A stretch of 64,000 nt of DNA from an uncultured cyanobacterium (GCA_963793425.1 CAWCAG010000005.1:288001-352000), one strand, 5' to 3'; counted from the stretch's first letter, positions 31,193 to 42,892 are shown. Made by a program: numbers and translations. The notes: generated from the sequence alone by a model not told the origin.

Positions 31193-31249
31193 AACGCTAG
31201 ATCAATTATTTTATATATACTTCGGGAAATCAAATCTTCACTTAATCTT

Positions 31250-31972
31250 TTAGTTCGGCTTTAGCTCTGCGCCAGCAGCTTTATCTAGCAACCACCATAG
31301 TTCTCCTTCAGGCTGAATTAATCGAGCAGGATAGGCGCTATCATCGGCTTCTGAGGCAAAAATATGAGCTAGGGCTGTTTGTTTGTTTTCTCCAGCTACT
31401 AAGAAAATGACGCATCTAGCCTGATTAATTAAAGGAACGCTAAAAGTTAAGCGAGGTTCGCCACTCTTGTTACCTACTGTAACCAAGCTATCTTTTACTT
31501 TCAAAGCCTCGGTATGGGGAAATAAGGAGGCTGTATGGGCATCATCCCCTGTACCTAAAAGAATAATATCGAAACTAGGAAATTCTCCTGGAGAGAGTTG
31601 AAAAAATTCCTGTAAGTGTTGAGAGTGAGTTTTGGCATCAGCCGCAGGATCTCCCCCTTCTGTAGGCATAGGATGAATGTTACTAACAGGAATGTTAACT
31701 TTATCTAACCAAGCTTGACGGGCCATTCTTTGGTTGCTATCGCTATTCTCGGCTGGAACATAACGCTCGTCTCCCCAGAATACGTGGATTTTTTCCCAAG
31801 GTAAATCTTGAGTTGCGATCGCTTCATATAATGGTTTGGGGGTGCTGCCTCCGGCTAGGGCAATGGTACACATCTCCCTTTCTTGGCAAGCTGAGTGAAC
31901 TCTCTCCAAAATCAGGGAGAGTGACTGCTCTATCAAGGCTGGTTTATCAGCTAAAACTTGGATTTTTCTCAT
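31250..31972 (-). CDS. pgl: 6-phosphogluconolactonase
   Basis: LAGGSTP, WGDERYV, HTASLFP. Confidence 0.95.
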   Translation of the reverse strand: MRKIQVLADKPALIEQSLSLILERVHSACQEREMCTIALAGGSTPKPLYEAIATQDLPWEKIHVFWGDERYVPAENSDSNQRMARQAWLDKVNIPVSNIHPMPTEGGDPAADAKTHSQHLQEFFQLSPGEFPSFDIILLGTGDDAHTASLFPHTEALKVKDSLVTVGNKSGEPRLTFSVPLINQARCVIFLVAGENKQTALAHIFASEADDSAYPARLIQPEGELWWLLDKAAGAELKPN

Positions 31973-32236
31973 TGGTTGTTTGTCATTGATGATTAATAAC
32001 TACGCCATAACTTTCCCAGCAGCAATATATCACTTGAAGAGTAAGGAGGCTTTAGTCTACACCTGCTAATTTTCAATTTTGCTTAATATGTGATTTAGTT
32101 AATTAAAATTTTCTGGTTCGCCAATTGTTCCCTTCCCTTGCTAGGATTTTGATACCCAGTCAATTCAGATTTGTTTACAGCAAAGAAAAATTGGCTTTCC
32201 GGGCAAGCTAGTCTTATAAGCTAGGTATTAAAACTG

Positions 32237-33055
32237 ATGAATAACCCAGTCAATTCTTCCTATACTTCTCTTACTCTCAAGATAGTAGGTGTCATATTAA
32301 TAATTTCTTCTTTACTCGATTACCTGGTTCTTGGTATTCCTTTTAAACCCCTCGATCCTATTTGGCAAATTAACTACGTTACCCAAATGGTAGACCGGGG
32401 TATTATTCCTATGGTGGGCATAGCCTTTTTGGTTGTCGGTTACTGGATTGGTAATCTTAATACTGATGTAGCCAGTGGCACTCGCCCTGCTTCATCCTTT
32501 AAGGATTTGCGGTTTTGGTCTTTTATTATTGCCAGTATTTTAGGCTTGATTTTCCTACTCATAGTGCCTTTACATTTAAACAATATCAACAAAGAAAAAT
32601 CCAATGCCTTAGAGCAAATTGAGGAAAGAGCAGGTCAATTTGAAAGTCGCATTGCCCAAGAATCAGAACAGCTTGGGGCCCTTTTACAAAATGATCAAGC
32701 CCTTGCCCAAATTAATGAAGCAATTGAAAGCGGTAAGGTTAATGGGCAAGAGCTTAACGATCAGCAAATTCAAGAATTAGAACAGCGTCGGGCATCCCTT
32801 GAGGAACTTAAAGATAATCCTGAAGCTATAGAAGAGAGGATTTCAGAAGCAGAAAATCAGTTAGGTACACGTAAAAAAGAAGCAGAGAAAAATGCCAGGG
32901 CTGAAGCTTTTAAGTTAGGAGTCCGGACAGGCATTAGTAGTTTGTTGTTAGCCATTGGTTACATGGTTATTGGCTGGACGGGCTTAAGGAGTGTAACTAG
33001 TGGTGCTTCAGGAGGTCGTCGTAAAGCTCCTAAAGGTGCTAAGAAACCAAAATAA
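32237..33055 (+). CDS. HpsJ-like membrane protein
   Basis: Four TM helices, QMVDRGIIP motif, coiled coil. Confidence 0.7.
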   Translation: MNNPVNSSYTSLTLKIVGVILIISSLLDYLVLGIPFKPLDPIWQINYVTQMVDRGIIPMVGIAFLVVGYWIGNLNTDVASGTRPASSFKDLRFWSFIIASILGLIFLLIVPLHLNNINKEKSNALEQIEERAGQFESRIAQESEQLGALLQNDQALAQINEAIESGKVNGQELNDQQIQELEQRRASLEELKDNPEAIEERISEAENQLGTRKKEAEKNARAEAFKLGVRTGISSLLLAIGYMVIGWTGLRSVTSGASGGRRKAPKGAKKPK

Positions 33056-33064
33056 AGGCGTTGC

Positions 33065-33190
33065 GTAGGAGCGGGTTTGAAAGTTCAATTAGAGAGAAAA
33101 CCGTAAGCTAAATAAACCCGCCCTCTAGGGGTAGATTCAAAAATCCAATTAGTGAAGATTAAACCGTAAACTGAATAAACCCGCCCCTTG
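33065..33190. repeat. Two tandem long-loop REP-like units
   Basis: GCGGGTTT...AAACCCGC; duplicated AAACCGTAA..AATAAACCCGCCC. Confidence 0.6.
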
Positions 33191-33209
33191 AACTGAATTA
33201 CACCAGGAA

Positions 33210-34043
33210 ATGTTCTCAATTTATATCCTGACCTACAACGAAGAAACAGAGATCGCTGCTTGTATTGAGTCAGCTTCAATGTGCGACGATATTGTAGTGG
33301 TAGACTCTTTCAGCAGCGATCGCACCGTAGAAATTGCCCAAAATTATCCAGTTCGAGTAGAACAGCACGTTTTTGAAAGTCATGGTCACCAGCGGACTTG
33401 GATGTTGCAAGAAGTTACGACAAAGTTCGATTGGGTTTATATTTTAGAAGCGGATGAACGTCTGACCCCAGAGTTATTTGGAGAGTGCCAGCAAGTAATT
33501 CAATCCCCAGAACATATTGGTTACTATGTGGCGGAAAGAGTTATGTTTATGGGGAAGTGGATACGCTACTCTACCCAGTACCCTCGTTACCAAATGCGCC
33601 TGTTTCGGAAAGATTCTGTTTGGTTTGATGATTACGGGCATACAGAAAGGGAAGTATGTAATGGTTCCACGGGTTTTTTAAAAGAAACCTATCCCCACTA
33701 TACCAGTGGCAAGGGTTTTAGCCGTTGGCTAGAAAAGCACAATCGTTACTCCACCGACGAAGCTAAAGAAACTTTAAAACAATTAGACCAGGGCAAGGTT
33801 AACTTACTAACTTTATTTTTTGGTGTTTCCGAAGTAGAAAGAAGAAGGGCCCTAAAAGATTTATCTCTACGTCTGCCTTTGCGTCCCCTACTACGCTTCT
33901 TTTATATGTATTTCTTACTTCTTGGCATTCTCGATGGTAAGGCAGGATTTAATTGGTGTATGTTGCAAGCTTTTTATGAATATTTGATTTTACTTAAGGT
34001 TTGGGAACTAAAACATACAAAAGTATCAAAGCAAAGCTCCTAA
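33210..34043 (+). CDS. Glycosyltransferase family 2
   Basis: ILTYNEE, VDSFSSDRT, EADE, RLFRK. Confidence 0.9.
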   Translation: MFSIYILTYNEETEIAACIESASMCDDIVVVDSFSSDRTVEIAQNYPVRVEQHVFESHGHQRTWMLQEVTTKFDWVYILEADERLTPELFGECQQVIQSPEHIGYYVAERVMFMGKWIRYSTQYPRYQMRLFRKDSVWFDDYGHTEREVCNGSTGFLKETYPHYTSGKGFSRWLEKHNRYSTDEAKETLKQLDQGKVNLLTLFFGVSEVERRRALKDLSLRLPLRPLLRFFYMYFLLLGILDGKAGFNWCMLQAFYEYLILLKVWELKHTKVSKQSS

Positions 34044-34290
34044 GCCGATAGCCAAGGGTTTTGCCTACCCCAAAATGTTAAAATGTAAATCATGATACTT
34101 AAGAAAAGAAAATTCTCTCACTCTTGGTTGCCAAATTTAGAGCAAAACTAAATTGAAACATTTTTTTACAAAAGTTACATAATGTAAGAAGAGAGTTATC
34201 AAATATTAAACTGCTGTGCCATCTAGAGAATTTAATTCCAACCGAGGGCAAAAAAATCCCTCATCTAGTCATAAGGAGAAGTCACATTCT

Positions 34291-35061
34291 GTGATTCAGC
34301 GCCTAAAGCAGGATATCAAAAACTACCTCATTGCAGGGCTTTTGGTTGTAATTCCTTTAGCTACAACTATTTGGTTAACCATAACCATTGCTAATTGGGT
34401 TATTAATTTTCTCACCAGAATCCCCAAACAGGTTAATCCCTTTCATAGTCTCAACCCAATTTTGACGAATTTAATAGATTTGTCTGTGGGGTTAGCGGTT
34501 CCTTTAATTGCCATTCTTTTAATTGGCATTATGGCTCGCAACATTGCCGGACAATGGTTATTAAACTTGGGAGAGAGAATCTTACAAGCAATTCCTTTAG
34601 CAGGTTCAGTTTATAAAACCCTTAAGCAGATCCTGGAAACTTTGCTGCAAGATTCTAATAGTAAGTTTCGCCGAGTGGTTATGGTAGAGTATCCTCGCCG
34701 AGACGTTTGGACTTTAGGGTTTGTGACAGGGAGTGTGAGTGGTGAGTTAAAGGCTAATTTTTCCCGCAAGATGCTCAGTGTTTTTATTCCTACTACTCCT
34801 AACCCAACTTCAGGTTGGTATGCAATGGTTCCTGAAGATGATGTGATTAGCCTTTCTATGTCCATTGAAGATGCTTTTAAGGTGCTGATTTCAGGGGGAA
34901 TCGTTAACCCCAAAAACTCCTCAGATACAGTGCCAATTGCCTTACCAAATGCAGCTAGTAACAAAAAGATGCCGAGAAAAAAAGAGCTAGCCTTAGAGCC
35001 ATCTTTAACCAATATATCCGAAGAAAAACGACAAGTTTTTCCCCTTGAAGAAGAGGGATGA
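34291..35061 (+). CDS. DUF502 membrane protein
   Basis: LIAGLLVVIPL, FIPTTPNPTSG; AAGGAG RBS before GTG. Confidence 0.88.
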   Translation: MIQRLKQDIKNYLIAGLLVVIPLATTIWLTITIANWVINFLTRIPKQVNPFHSLNPILTNLIDLSVGLAVPLIAILLIGIMARNIAGQWLLNLGERILQAIPLAGSVYKTLKQILETLLQDSNSKFRRVVMVEYPRRDVWTLGFVTGSVSGELKANFSRKMLSVFIPTTPNPTSGWYAMVPEDDVISLSMSIEDAFKVLISGGIVNPKNSSDTVPIALPNAASNKKMPRKKELALEPSLTNISEEKRQVFPLEEEG

Positions 35062-35108
35062 TGGGGAGATGGGGAGATAGGGAGATAGGGAGCTAGGGAG
35101 CTAGGGAG
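35058..35108. repeat. Octamer tandem repeats (GATGGGGA/GATAGGGA/GCTAGGGA)
   Basis: Directly visible. Confidence 0.75.
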
Positions 35109-35196
35109 AAAACAACTAGCAATTAGCCATTAGCCAGTTAGCTTTTAATGTACACTGAGAACCTGATGTCATCTACCCAATATAATTCTTCTCACC

Positions 35197-35829
35197 ATGC
35201 CACCTCGAAAACAACCCCGTCGCATTGCGCGGGAACTGGCTCTTTTAAGTTTGAGTCAAATCAGCGATAAACAAAGCAAATTAGCTACTGAGAACTTAAA
35301 TAGCTTGGTTTTAGCCGCAATTCGTGCTTTAACCTTAGAAGTACAAGAAGCTTTGGAATCTGCTGCTGCTGAAGTAAAAAGAGGTAGCGATCGCCTTTTG
35401 ACAACGGAGACTCGTTATACAACCATAGAAAGCTCTAAGGCTATGGTAACAGAAGCAATTGAGTTGACTCAAGCAGCAATTAATCGCTTAGGAACAGCTT
35501 TAGAGTTACCAGAATTCATTCAACTGGCTAACCAAGCAGAAGTACAAACCTATACTTTAGAGTTGGTTGCTACGGTGAAACGCCGTCAAGTTGAAATTGA
35601 TGGGCAAATAGAATCAGCGTTGGTAGACTGGCAATTAAACCGCCTCCCTCAAATAGACCGAGATATTCTTCGTATTTCCGTAGGAGAAATATTGTTTCTT
35701 GATATTCCCCAAAAAGTGGCCATTAATGAAGCAGTAGAATTAGCTAAGAGCTACTCCGATGAAAAAGGACATCGGTTTATCAATGGGGTGTTAAGACGGG
35801 TGACGGAACAAATCATTCATAATAGCTAA
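35197..35829 (+). CDS. nusB: Transcription antitermination factor NusB
   Basis: [29 protein letters not shown]. Confidence 0.95.
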   Translation: MPPRKQPRRIARELALLSLSQISDKQSKLATENLNSLVLAAIRALTLEVQEALESAAAEVKRGSDRLLTTETRYTTIESSKAMVTEAIELTQAAINRLGTALELPEFIQLANQAEVQTYTLELVATVKRRQVEIDGQIESALVDWQLNRLPQIDRDILRISVGEILFLDIPQKVAINEAVELAKSYSDEKGHRFINGVLRRVTEQIIHNS

Positions 35830-35870
35830 TAGCTGATGGCTAATTGCTAACTGATAACTGACAACTAATT

Positions 35871-37430
35871 ATGTTTAACTGGTTCCGTAGGCAGCATAAA
35901 GACAAAGGGAAAGAACAAGAAACCCAAAAAACAGAGTCAACCCCCTCAGAAACCCAGGAATCTGTGGAGGAAAAGACTCAAGAGAGTAGCGAACCTAGTC
36001 AAGAAGATTATTTACAATGGGCTAAAGCTGCTTATCAAAACATTCAACAACGTCAGTCACAAGAAGTTGAAGAAGAATCTGTTGAAACTGTAGCAGAAGA
36101 GGAGATAGAATCTTCTGAACCCGTCGCAGAAACTGTTACTGAAGAAGAATCTGTTGAACCAGTAGCTGAACAAGGAACAGAAACCTCTGAAACTGTAGCA
36201 GAAGAGGAGATAGAATCTTCTGAACCTGTCGCAGAAACTGTTGTTGAAGAAGCATCTGTTGAACCAGTAACTGAACAAGAAACAGAAGCAGAAACCACAA
36301 AACCGGTTCCTGTTTGGATGCGTAAATCCGATGGTTTGGAGCGTCTTAAGGAAACAGCCGTAGATATAGAAGACACTCCAGACCGCCCTATAAGAACCGC
36401 CTCGCAGCAAGAAAGTGAGGTTGCTTTTGATGAAGACTTTATGTGGTCAGCCCAGGTTCTTGCTTCTCAGGGACGCAATCCAGAAGAGATTTCCGCAGAA
36501 GAAATTCAGTGGCTGAAAAAGCTACGCCAAGGATTAGGTAAAACTCGCCGCAGTCTTATTAATCAGCTTAAATCAGTTGTAGGTCAAGGCCCCCTCAACC
36601 AAGCTGCTGTGACAGAGATTGAGGAGTTGCTTTTGCAAGCTGATGTGGGTTTTGAGGCGACGGATTTTATTATTGAAACCCTACAAAATAAGCTGAAAGA
36701 AGAGGCTTTACCCCCAGAAGCGGCGATCGCCTATTTAAAACAAATTATTCAAGATTTACTCGATAAGCCGTTACAAGCACTTGAAACAGAAGAATTCGTT
36801 CCAGAAAAGAATATCCTTAATGTTTGGCTGCTTACTGGGGTTAATGGTGCAGGAAAAACGACAACTATTGGTAAACTAGCTCATATGGCCCAAAGTTCCG
36901 GCTATAGTTGTATAATCGCTGCGGCTGATACCTTTCGCGCTGCTGCGGTAGAACAGGTTAAGGTTTGGGGAGAAAGAAGCAATACCCCAGTTATCGCCAA
37001 TCCAGGGCAAAATACTGATCCAGCGGCAGTTGTTTTTGATGCTATTACCGCTGCCCAATCTAAAAATACAGAGTTGTTACTGGTAGATACGGCGGGTAGG
37101 TTACAGAATAAGAAAAATTTGATGGATGAATTAGCAAAAGTGAGGCGTATTATTGATAAGAAAGCCCCTGGTGCTAAGGTAGAATCCTTGTTGGTTTTAG
37201 ACGCAACTTTGGGGCAAAATGGTTTACGTCAAGCTCAAGTTTTCTCTGAAGCAGCTAAGTTAAGCGGTGTCGTTTTAACTAAGCTAGATGGTACAGCTAA
37301 AGGAGGTGTAGCTTTAGCAGTGGTACAACAGCTTAACCTACCTATTCGCTTTGTCGGTGCAGGGGAAGGTATTGAGGATTTACGTCCCTTTTCTAGTTAC
37401 GAATTTGTTGAGGCGTTGATTAGTGGCTGA
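35871..37430 (+). CDS. ftsY: SRP receptor FtsY; acidic domain has a 105-bp internal duplication
   Basis: GVNGAGKTTT, DTFRAAA, DTAGR, TKLDGTAKGG. Confidence 0.97.
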   Translation: MFNWFRRQHKDKGKEQETQKTESTPSETQESVEEKTQESSEPSQEDYLQWAKAAYQNIQQRQSQEVEEESVETVAEEEIESSEPVAETVTEEESVEPVAEQGTETSETVAEEEIESSEPVAETVVEEASVEPVTEQETEAETTKPVPVWMRKSDGLERLKETAVDIEDTPDRPIRTASQQESEVAFDEDFMWSAQVLASQGRNPEEISAEEIQWLKKLRQGLGKTRRSLINQLKSVVGQGPLNQAAVTEIEELLLQADVGFEATDFIIETLQNKLKEEALPPEAAIAYLKQIIQDLLDKPLQALETEEFVPEKNILNVWLLTGVNGAGKTTTIGKLAHMAQSSGYSCIIAAADTFRAAAVEQVKVWGERSNTPVIANPGQNTDPAAVVFDAITAAQSKNTELLLVDTAGRLQNKKNLMDELAKVRRIIDKKAPGAKVESLLVLDATLGQNGLRQAQVFSEAAKLSGVVLTKLDGTAKGGVALAVVQQLNLPIRFVGAGEGIEDLRPFSSYEFVEALISG

Positions 37431-37511
37431 TTGATCTATTTAACTGGGCTGAAGGTAAAATTTCACTAATTTGAAGATAAAGAGCTAATTCCTTTTTTGA
37501 GAATATTTAGC

Positions 37512-37661
37512 CTATGACCTAAAAATTTCCATTCCTTCTCCAAAATAGCGGTCAAAAATTAATAACCTTGCTCCTGCCCCAACTAAAATCATTGGTAAAT
37601 TTAAAGCGTTAACTGTAGCTATTAAATCAGTCAAAATCTGTTTTTCTTCACTACTAATCAT
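37512..37661 (-). pseudogene. Truncated nucleotidyltransferase (AbiEii-like toxin) fragment
   Basis: MISSEEKQILTDL..MILVGAGARLLIFD, then an early stop; overlaps the upstream gene stop. Confidence 0.5.
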
Positions 37662-37854
37662 CTTTTTGAGCTATTTCTTCAATTTTAATTTCACATACAT
37701 AATCAACAGCTTTATCAGCAGTTTTAATTATTAAATGCCCATCTGCTAAAACTTCATTGCTAAAGTAAGGTTCGCCTTGGATAGTTACCTTAATATTAGG
37801 TAGTGATTGAAGATAAGCAAGGCATTTTTGGAACAGTGGGTTTTTGGGAGTCAT
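37654..37854 (-). pseudogene. Internally deleted AbiEi-like antitoxin fragment
   Basis: CLAYLQSLPNI..ADGHLII..YVCEIK resembles the N-terminus of cyanobacterial type IV antitoxins (from recall). Confidence 0.45.
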
Positions 37855-38070
37855 TGATTATTCCCCACTTGAAAGTATGAATGTTTATTATAAACCTATT
37901 ACTCATAACTAATTCCTGCGCTGTTCTCTACCTCGACAAAGGGTTAAACTAATCTTATCCCAGCACATATCTTTAACAACTCTACTTTTGGCTACTGATG
38001 GGTTTGTGGCTCCTCCGATACAATAGTCATAGTGGGGTAAATATATAGATTCAACTTTTGGAGAATTATA

Positions 38071-38289
38071 ATGGAACCATCTTGGGAACCCATTAGTGAT
38101 CTTACTAGCGGAGGAGGATACACAGATACTTTCTTAAAAAAAGACCCATCAGTAGATTCTGAAGAGCGGCTAAAATTAGCTGCTAAAATTCTTAAAGACC
38201 CCATTTTACAAATAAAATTAAGCGATCGCGTTTATGAACTAATGTTGGCGGATCTTCAACTACAAAACGAACGCCACTTTAATTATTGA
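38071..38289 (+). CDS. Small CIS-associated hypothetical protein
   Basis: First gene of the CIS operon; LSDRVYELMLADLQLQNER helix. Confidence 0.65.
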   Translation: MEPSWEPISDLTSGGGYTDTFLKKDPSVDSEERLKLAAKILKDPILQIKLSDRVYELMLADLQLQNERHFNY

Positions 38290-38321
38290 AAAATAGTTTA
38301 TCTATAACCTTTTAATTAACA

Positions 38322-38831
38322 ATGGCTGATTCAAAATCCTCTCCCGCAGAACTAAATTATGTTACAACTAACCGTTTCTATGTAGAAATCAGTGGCGATA
38401 TCAAAGCTTGTTTTAATGAATGTTCGGGTTTAGGAATAACCGTCAAAGCTGAAAAACATCGTGAAGGTGGTGTTAATAATCAACAGCGAGTCGTTTTAGG
38501 GCAAGCAGATTTTTCAGATGTTACCCTAAAAAGGGGGGTAACTAATGATTTCGCCTTTTGGGATTGGGTGCAAGCATCCTTAACTGGAGGTTCCAATGGT
38601 AATAGACGGCGGACTGTTAACATCCTCACTTTTAACCAAGCTGGCGAAACAATGCAATCTTGGACTTTAATTGGTGCAGTAGCTATTAGCTGGAAAGCAC
38701 CTTCATTGAAAGCAGATGGCAACAATGTGGGTATAGAAGAACTAACTTTAGCTTATGAAGGATTGAAAGTTGGTTCAAGTTCTGCGAGCGCAACCGCGAA
38801 AAAACGCGATGCAAAAGGTTATTATGGCTAA
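38322..38831 (+). CDS. Phage tail tube protein (T4 gp19-like, Afp1/5 class)
   Basis: RFYVEI, FNECSGL, EGGVN, VTLKRG, FWDW, IEELTLAYEG. Confidence 0.92.
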   Translation: MADSKSSPAELNYVTTNRFYVEISGDIKACFNECSGLGITVKAEKHREGGVNNQQRVVLGQADFSDVTLKRGVTNDFAFWDWVQASLTGGSNGNRRRTVNILTFNQAGETMQSWTLIGAVAISWKAPSLKADGNNVGIEELTLAYEGLKVGSSSASATAKKRDAKGYYG

Positions 38832-38841
38832 AGTATAAGCT

Positions 38842-41800
38842 ATGGCAGAATCACTAGATAATAGCAATACTTCTTTTTATGGGGAAGAAAGTCTTTCTTC
38901 TTCAAAACCGCTTGGATTACAGAATCCTCTAGTACCTTCTGCCCCCCTCGGACAAAGTTTTCTTTCTCCCCAATTTCTTTCCCCTGTAGCAAGAGAACCC
39001 TTAGTTAATCAACAGCTACTACAATTAAAGCCCAGAGAAGCTAACGAAGGTTTAATCAGTGAGTCAAATCCTTTAATAGAATCAGGGGCGATCGCACCAC
39101 AATCAGCAATGCCCCAAGCATTAGCAAGTCAAGCAACAGCTACAGCCTCTTCACCTATAAGTGACACATCTATTTTTGAAACGGCTTCTTCAAGTTTACT
39201 TCAAGCATTTCCCCAAGAAGAATCAGCGACGACATCACCTGAAAGCGTAGCAAATTCTGCTGTTTTAGCAACGAGTTCAGTAACTGAATCACTAATTCAA
39301 GCATCTCCTCAACAAGAATCTACCTCAATATCTCCAGAAAGTGAAACTTCTTTAACTTCATCTATTGATGAACAAACATCAGTAACTGAACCATTAATTC
39401 AGGCTTCTCCAACACCACCAGAAAGTGAAACTTCTTTAACTTCATCTATTGCTGAACAAACATCAGTAACCGAACCATTAATTCAGGCTTCTCCAACATC
39501 TCCAGAAAGTGAACCTTCTTCGACTCCATCTATTGCTGAAACAACATCAGTAGCTGAACCATTAATTCAGGCTTCCCCTCAACAAGAATCTGCCTCAACA
39601 CCTCTAGAAAGTGAAACTTCTTTAACTCCATCTATTGACGAACAAACATCAGTAACTGAACCATTAATTCAAGCTTCTCCAACATCTCCAGAAAGTGAAC
39701 CTTCTTCGACTCCATCTCTTGCTGAAACAACACCAGTAACTGAACCAATAATTCAAGCTTTCCCTCAACAAGAATCTGCCTCAATATCTCCAGAAAGTGA
39801 ACCTTCTTTAACTCCATCTATTAATGAACAAACATCAGTAACTGAACCATTAATTCAGGCTTTCTCAACAAGAATCTGCCTCAACACCACCAGAAAGTGA
39901 AACTTCTTTAACTCCATCTATTGATGAACAAACATCAGTAACTGAACCAATAATTCAAGCTTCTCCAACACCACCAGAAAGTGAAACTTCTTTAACTCCA
40001 TCTATTAATGAACAAACATCAGTAAATGAACCATTAATTCAGGCTTCTCCAACACCACCAGAAAGTGAACCTTCTTCGACTCCATCTATTGATGAACAAA
40101 CATCAGTAAATGAACCATTAATTCAAGCTTCTCCAACACCACCAGAAAGTGAAACTTCTTTAACTCCATCTATTAATGAACAAACATCAGTAACTGAACC
40201 ATTAATTCAAGCTTCTCCAACATCTCCAGAAAGTGAACCTTCTTCGACTCCATCTATTGCTGAAACAACATCAGTAGCTGAACCATTAATTCAGGCTTTC
40301 CCTCAACAAGAATCTGCCTCAATATCTCCAGAAAGTGAAACTTCTTTAACTCCATCTATTGACGAACAAACATCAGTAACTGAACCATTAATTCAGGCTT
40401 CTCCAACACCACCAGAAAGTGAAACTTCTTTAACTTCATCTATTGATGAACAAACATCAGTAACTGAACCATTAATTCAGGCTTTCCCTCAACAAGAATC
40501 TGCCTCAACATCTCCAGAAAGTGAAACTTCTTTAACTCCATCTATTAACGAACAAACATCAGTAACTGAACCATTAATTCAGGCTTTCCCTCAACAAGAA
40601 TCTGCCTCAATATCTCCAGAAAGTGAAACTTCTTTAACTCCATCTATTGATGAACAAACATCAGTAACTGAACCATTAATTCAGGCTTCTCCAACACCAC
40701 CAGAAAGTGAACCTTCTTCGACTCCATCTATTGCTGAAACAACATCAGTAGCTGAACCAATAATTCAGGCTTCCCCTCAACAAGAATCCGCCTCAACATC
40801 TCCAGAAAGTGAAACTTCTTTAACTCCATCTATTGCTGAAACAACATCAGTAACCGAACCATTAATTCAGGCTTCTCCAACACCACCAGAAAGTGAAACT
40901 TCTTTAACTCCATCTGCTGCTGAAACAACATCAGTAACCGAATCATTAATTCAAGCTTCTCCTCAACAAGATTCTGTATCAACACCTCCAGTTAGCGAAA
41001 CTTCTTTGACTTCATCTGTTGCTGAAACAACATCAGCAACCGAACCGATAATTCAAGCTTCCCCTCAACAAGATGCTGCATCAACATCAGCAGAAAGTGA
41101 AACTTCTCCAAGTTCATCAATTAATAAACAAACATCGGTAACTGAATCATTAATTCAAGCTTCTCCTCAACAAGATTCTGTATCAATACCTCCAGAAAGT
41201 GAAACTACTTCACCTCCATCTGTTGCTGAAACAACATCAGTAACTGAACCAATAATTCAGGCTTCTCCGCAACAAGATGCTGTATCATCATCTCCATCTA
41301 GTGAACCTTCTTTAACTCCATCTATTAATGAACAAACATCAGTAACTGAACCAATAATTCAGGCTTCCCCTCAACAAGATTCTGTATCAATACCTCCAGA
41401 AAGTGAAACTACTTCACCTCCATCTGTTGCTGAAACAACATCAGTAACTGAACCAATAATTCAGGCTTCTCCGCAACAAGATGCTGTATCATCATCTCCA
41501 TCTAGTGAACCTTCTTTAACTCCATCTATTAATGAACAAACATCAGTAACTGAACCAATAATTCAGGCTTCCCCTCAACAAGATTCTGTATCAATACCTC
41601 CAGAAAGTGAAACTACTTCACCTCCATCTGTTGCTGAAACAACATCAGTAACTGAATCAATAATTCAGGCTTCCCCTCAACAAGATTCTGTATCAATACC
41701 TCCAGAAAGTGAAACTACTTCACCTCCATCTGTTGCTGAAACAACATCAGTAACTGAACCAATAATTCAGGCTTCTCCGCAACAAGATGCTGTATCATCA

Positions 41801-42850
41801 TCTCCATCTAGTGAACCTTCTTTAACTCCATCTATTAATGAACAAACATCAGTAACTGAACCAATAATTCAGGCTTCTCCGCAACAAGATGCTGTATCAT
41901 CATCTCCATCTAGTGAACCTTCTTTAACTCCATCTATTAATGAACAAACATCAGTAACTGAACCAATAATTCAGGCTTCCCCTCAACAAGATTCTGTATC
42001 AATACCTCCAGAAAGTGAAACTACTTCACCTCCATCTGTTGCTGAAACAACATCAGTAACTGAATCAATAATTCAGGCTTCCCCGCAACAAGAGTTGGTA
42101 TCAACACCTCCAGAATTAGACACTTCTGAAACCATACCTATATTACCTACAGTTTTAGATAATATAGCTGTCACAACTCCTCTTGGTAATAGCAATCCTC
42201 TTGTTCAAGAAAGCAATTTTATTACCCCATCCTCTACAATTAGTTCTGGTGAATTGCCAGCAAGTATTCAAGCTAAACCAGAAGTAGCTTCTAATGCCAA
42301 CTCTACTAGTAGTAATTCCATCATCAAACCCTTTATTTCAAGTCAATTAGATAACTCTTCCGCAACAAAGGGATCTAATCCTCAAGGAGTAAAAGAATCT
42401 GAAACAAAACCAAATTTCTCTGCCGATGTACCCAGTTCTTGGTCTAGTATTAGCGAATTATTAGGGGCAAGTAATGTTGATTCTGTAAAAAACTCTTCTT
42501 CAAACCAAACGGTGCAGAAACAAACCGAGGAAGTAAGTTTACAAAGTCCAGTTATACAGAAAAAAGAAGACAATTCCAGGAATAATGATAACGGAGATAA
42601 TAAGTACTCAGGAATCACTTCAAACTTAGTACAAGAAACTTTACTTCAAATGTATTCCTCAGAAGCAACAGAAACTTCAACGGATGAGGAAGAAGAAGTG
42701 GTCTTGTCATCTTATAATTCTAGTAATTCTTCGGGAGGAGAGGAAAATAGTCAAGAAGCCCAGGAAAGAAATTTAGATATTCTGGCTAGAGAAATTTACT
42801 CTCTGATTAGACAACGCTTAGAAATTGAGCGAGAAAGACATGGCTGGTAA
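38842..42850 (+). CDS. Giant S/T/P/E-rich repeat protein of the CIS (~1,336 aa if the 2-nt deletion at ~39864 is restored)
   Basis: Dozens of 26/32-aa units; GCTTTCTCAACAA versus the usual GCTTTCCCTCAACAA; C-terminal LAREIYSLIRQRLEIERER. Confidence 0.8.
39280..42110 (+). repeat. Intragenic tandem array of ~78/96-bp units
   Basis: Recurrent CCAGAAAGTGAAACTTCT..AACATCAGTAACTGAACCATTAATTCAGGCTTCTCC. Confidence 0.95.
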
Positions 42851-42892
42851 GCAGATTAACTTTAACTAAAACAACTTGACATAGGAGCAAAT

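Noticed and set aside
36053..36410. Antisense ORFs in the ftsY acidic region, and other antisense ORFs within housekeeping genes
   Set aside because: Shadow frames of low-complexity or strongly coding sense genes
39280..42110. CRISPR-like appearance of the regular repeat array
   Set aside because: No unique spacers; units are multiples of 3 and encode one continuous peptide repeat; no cas genes
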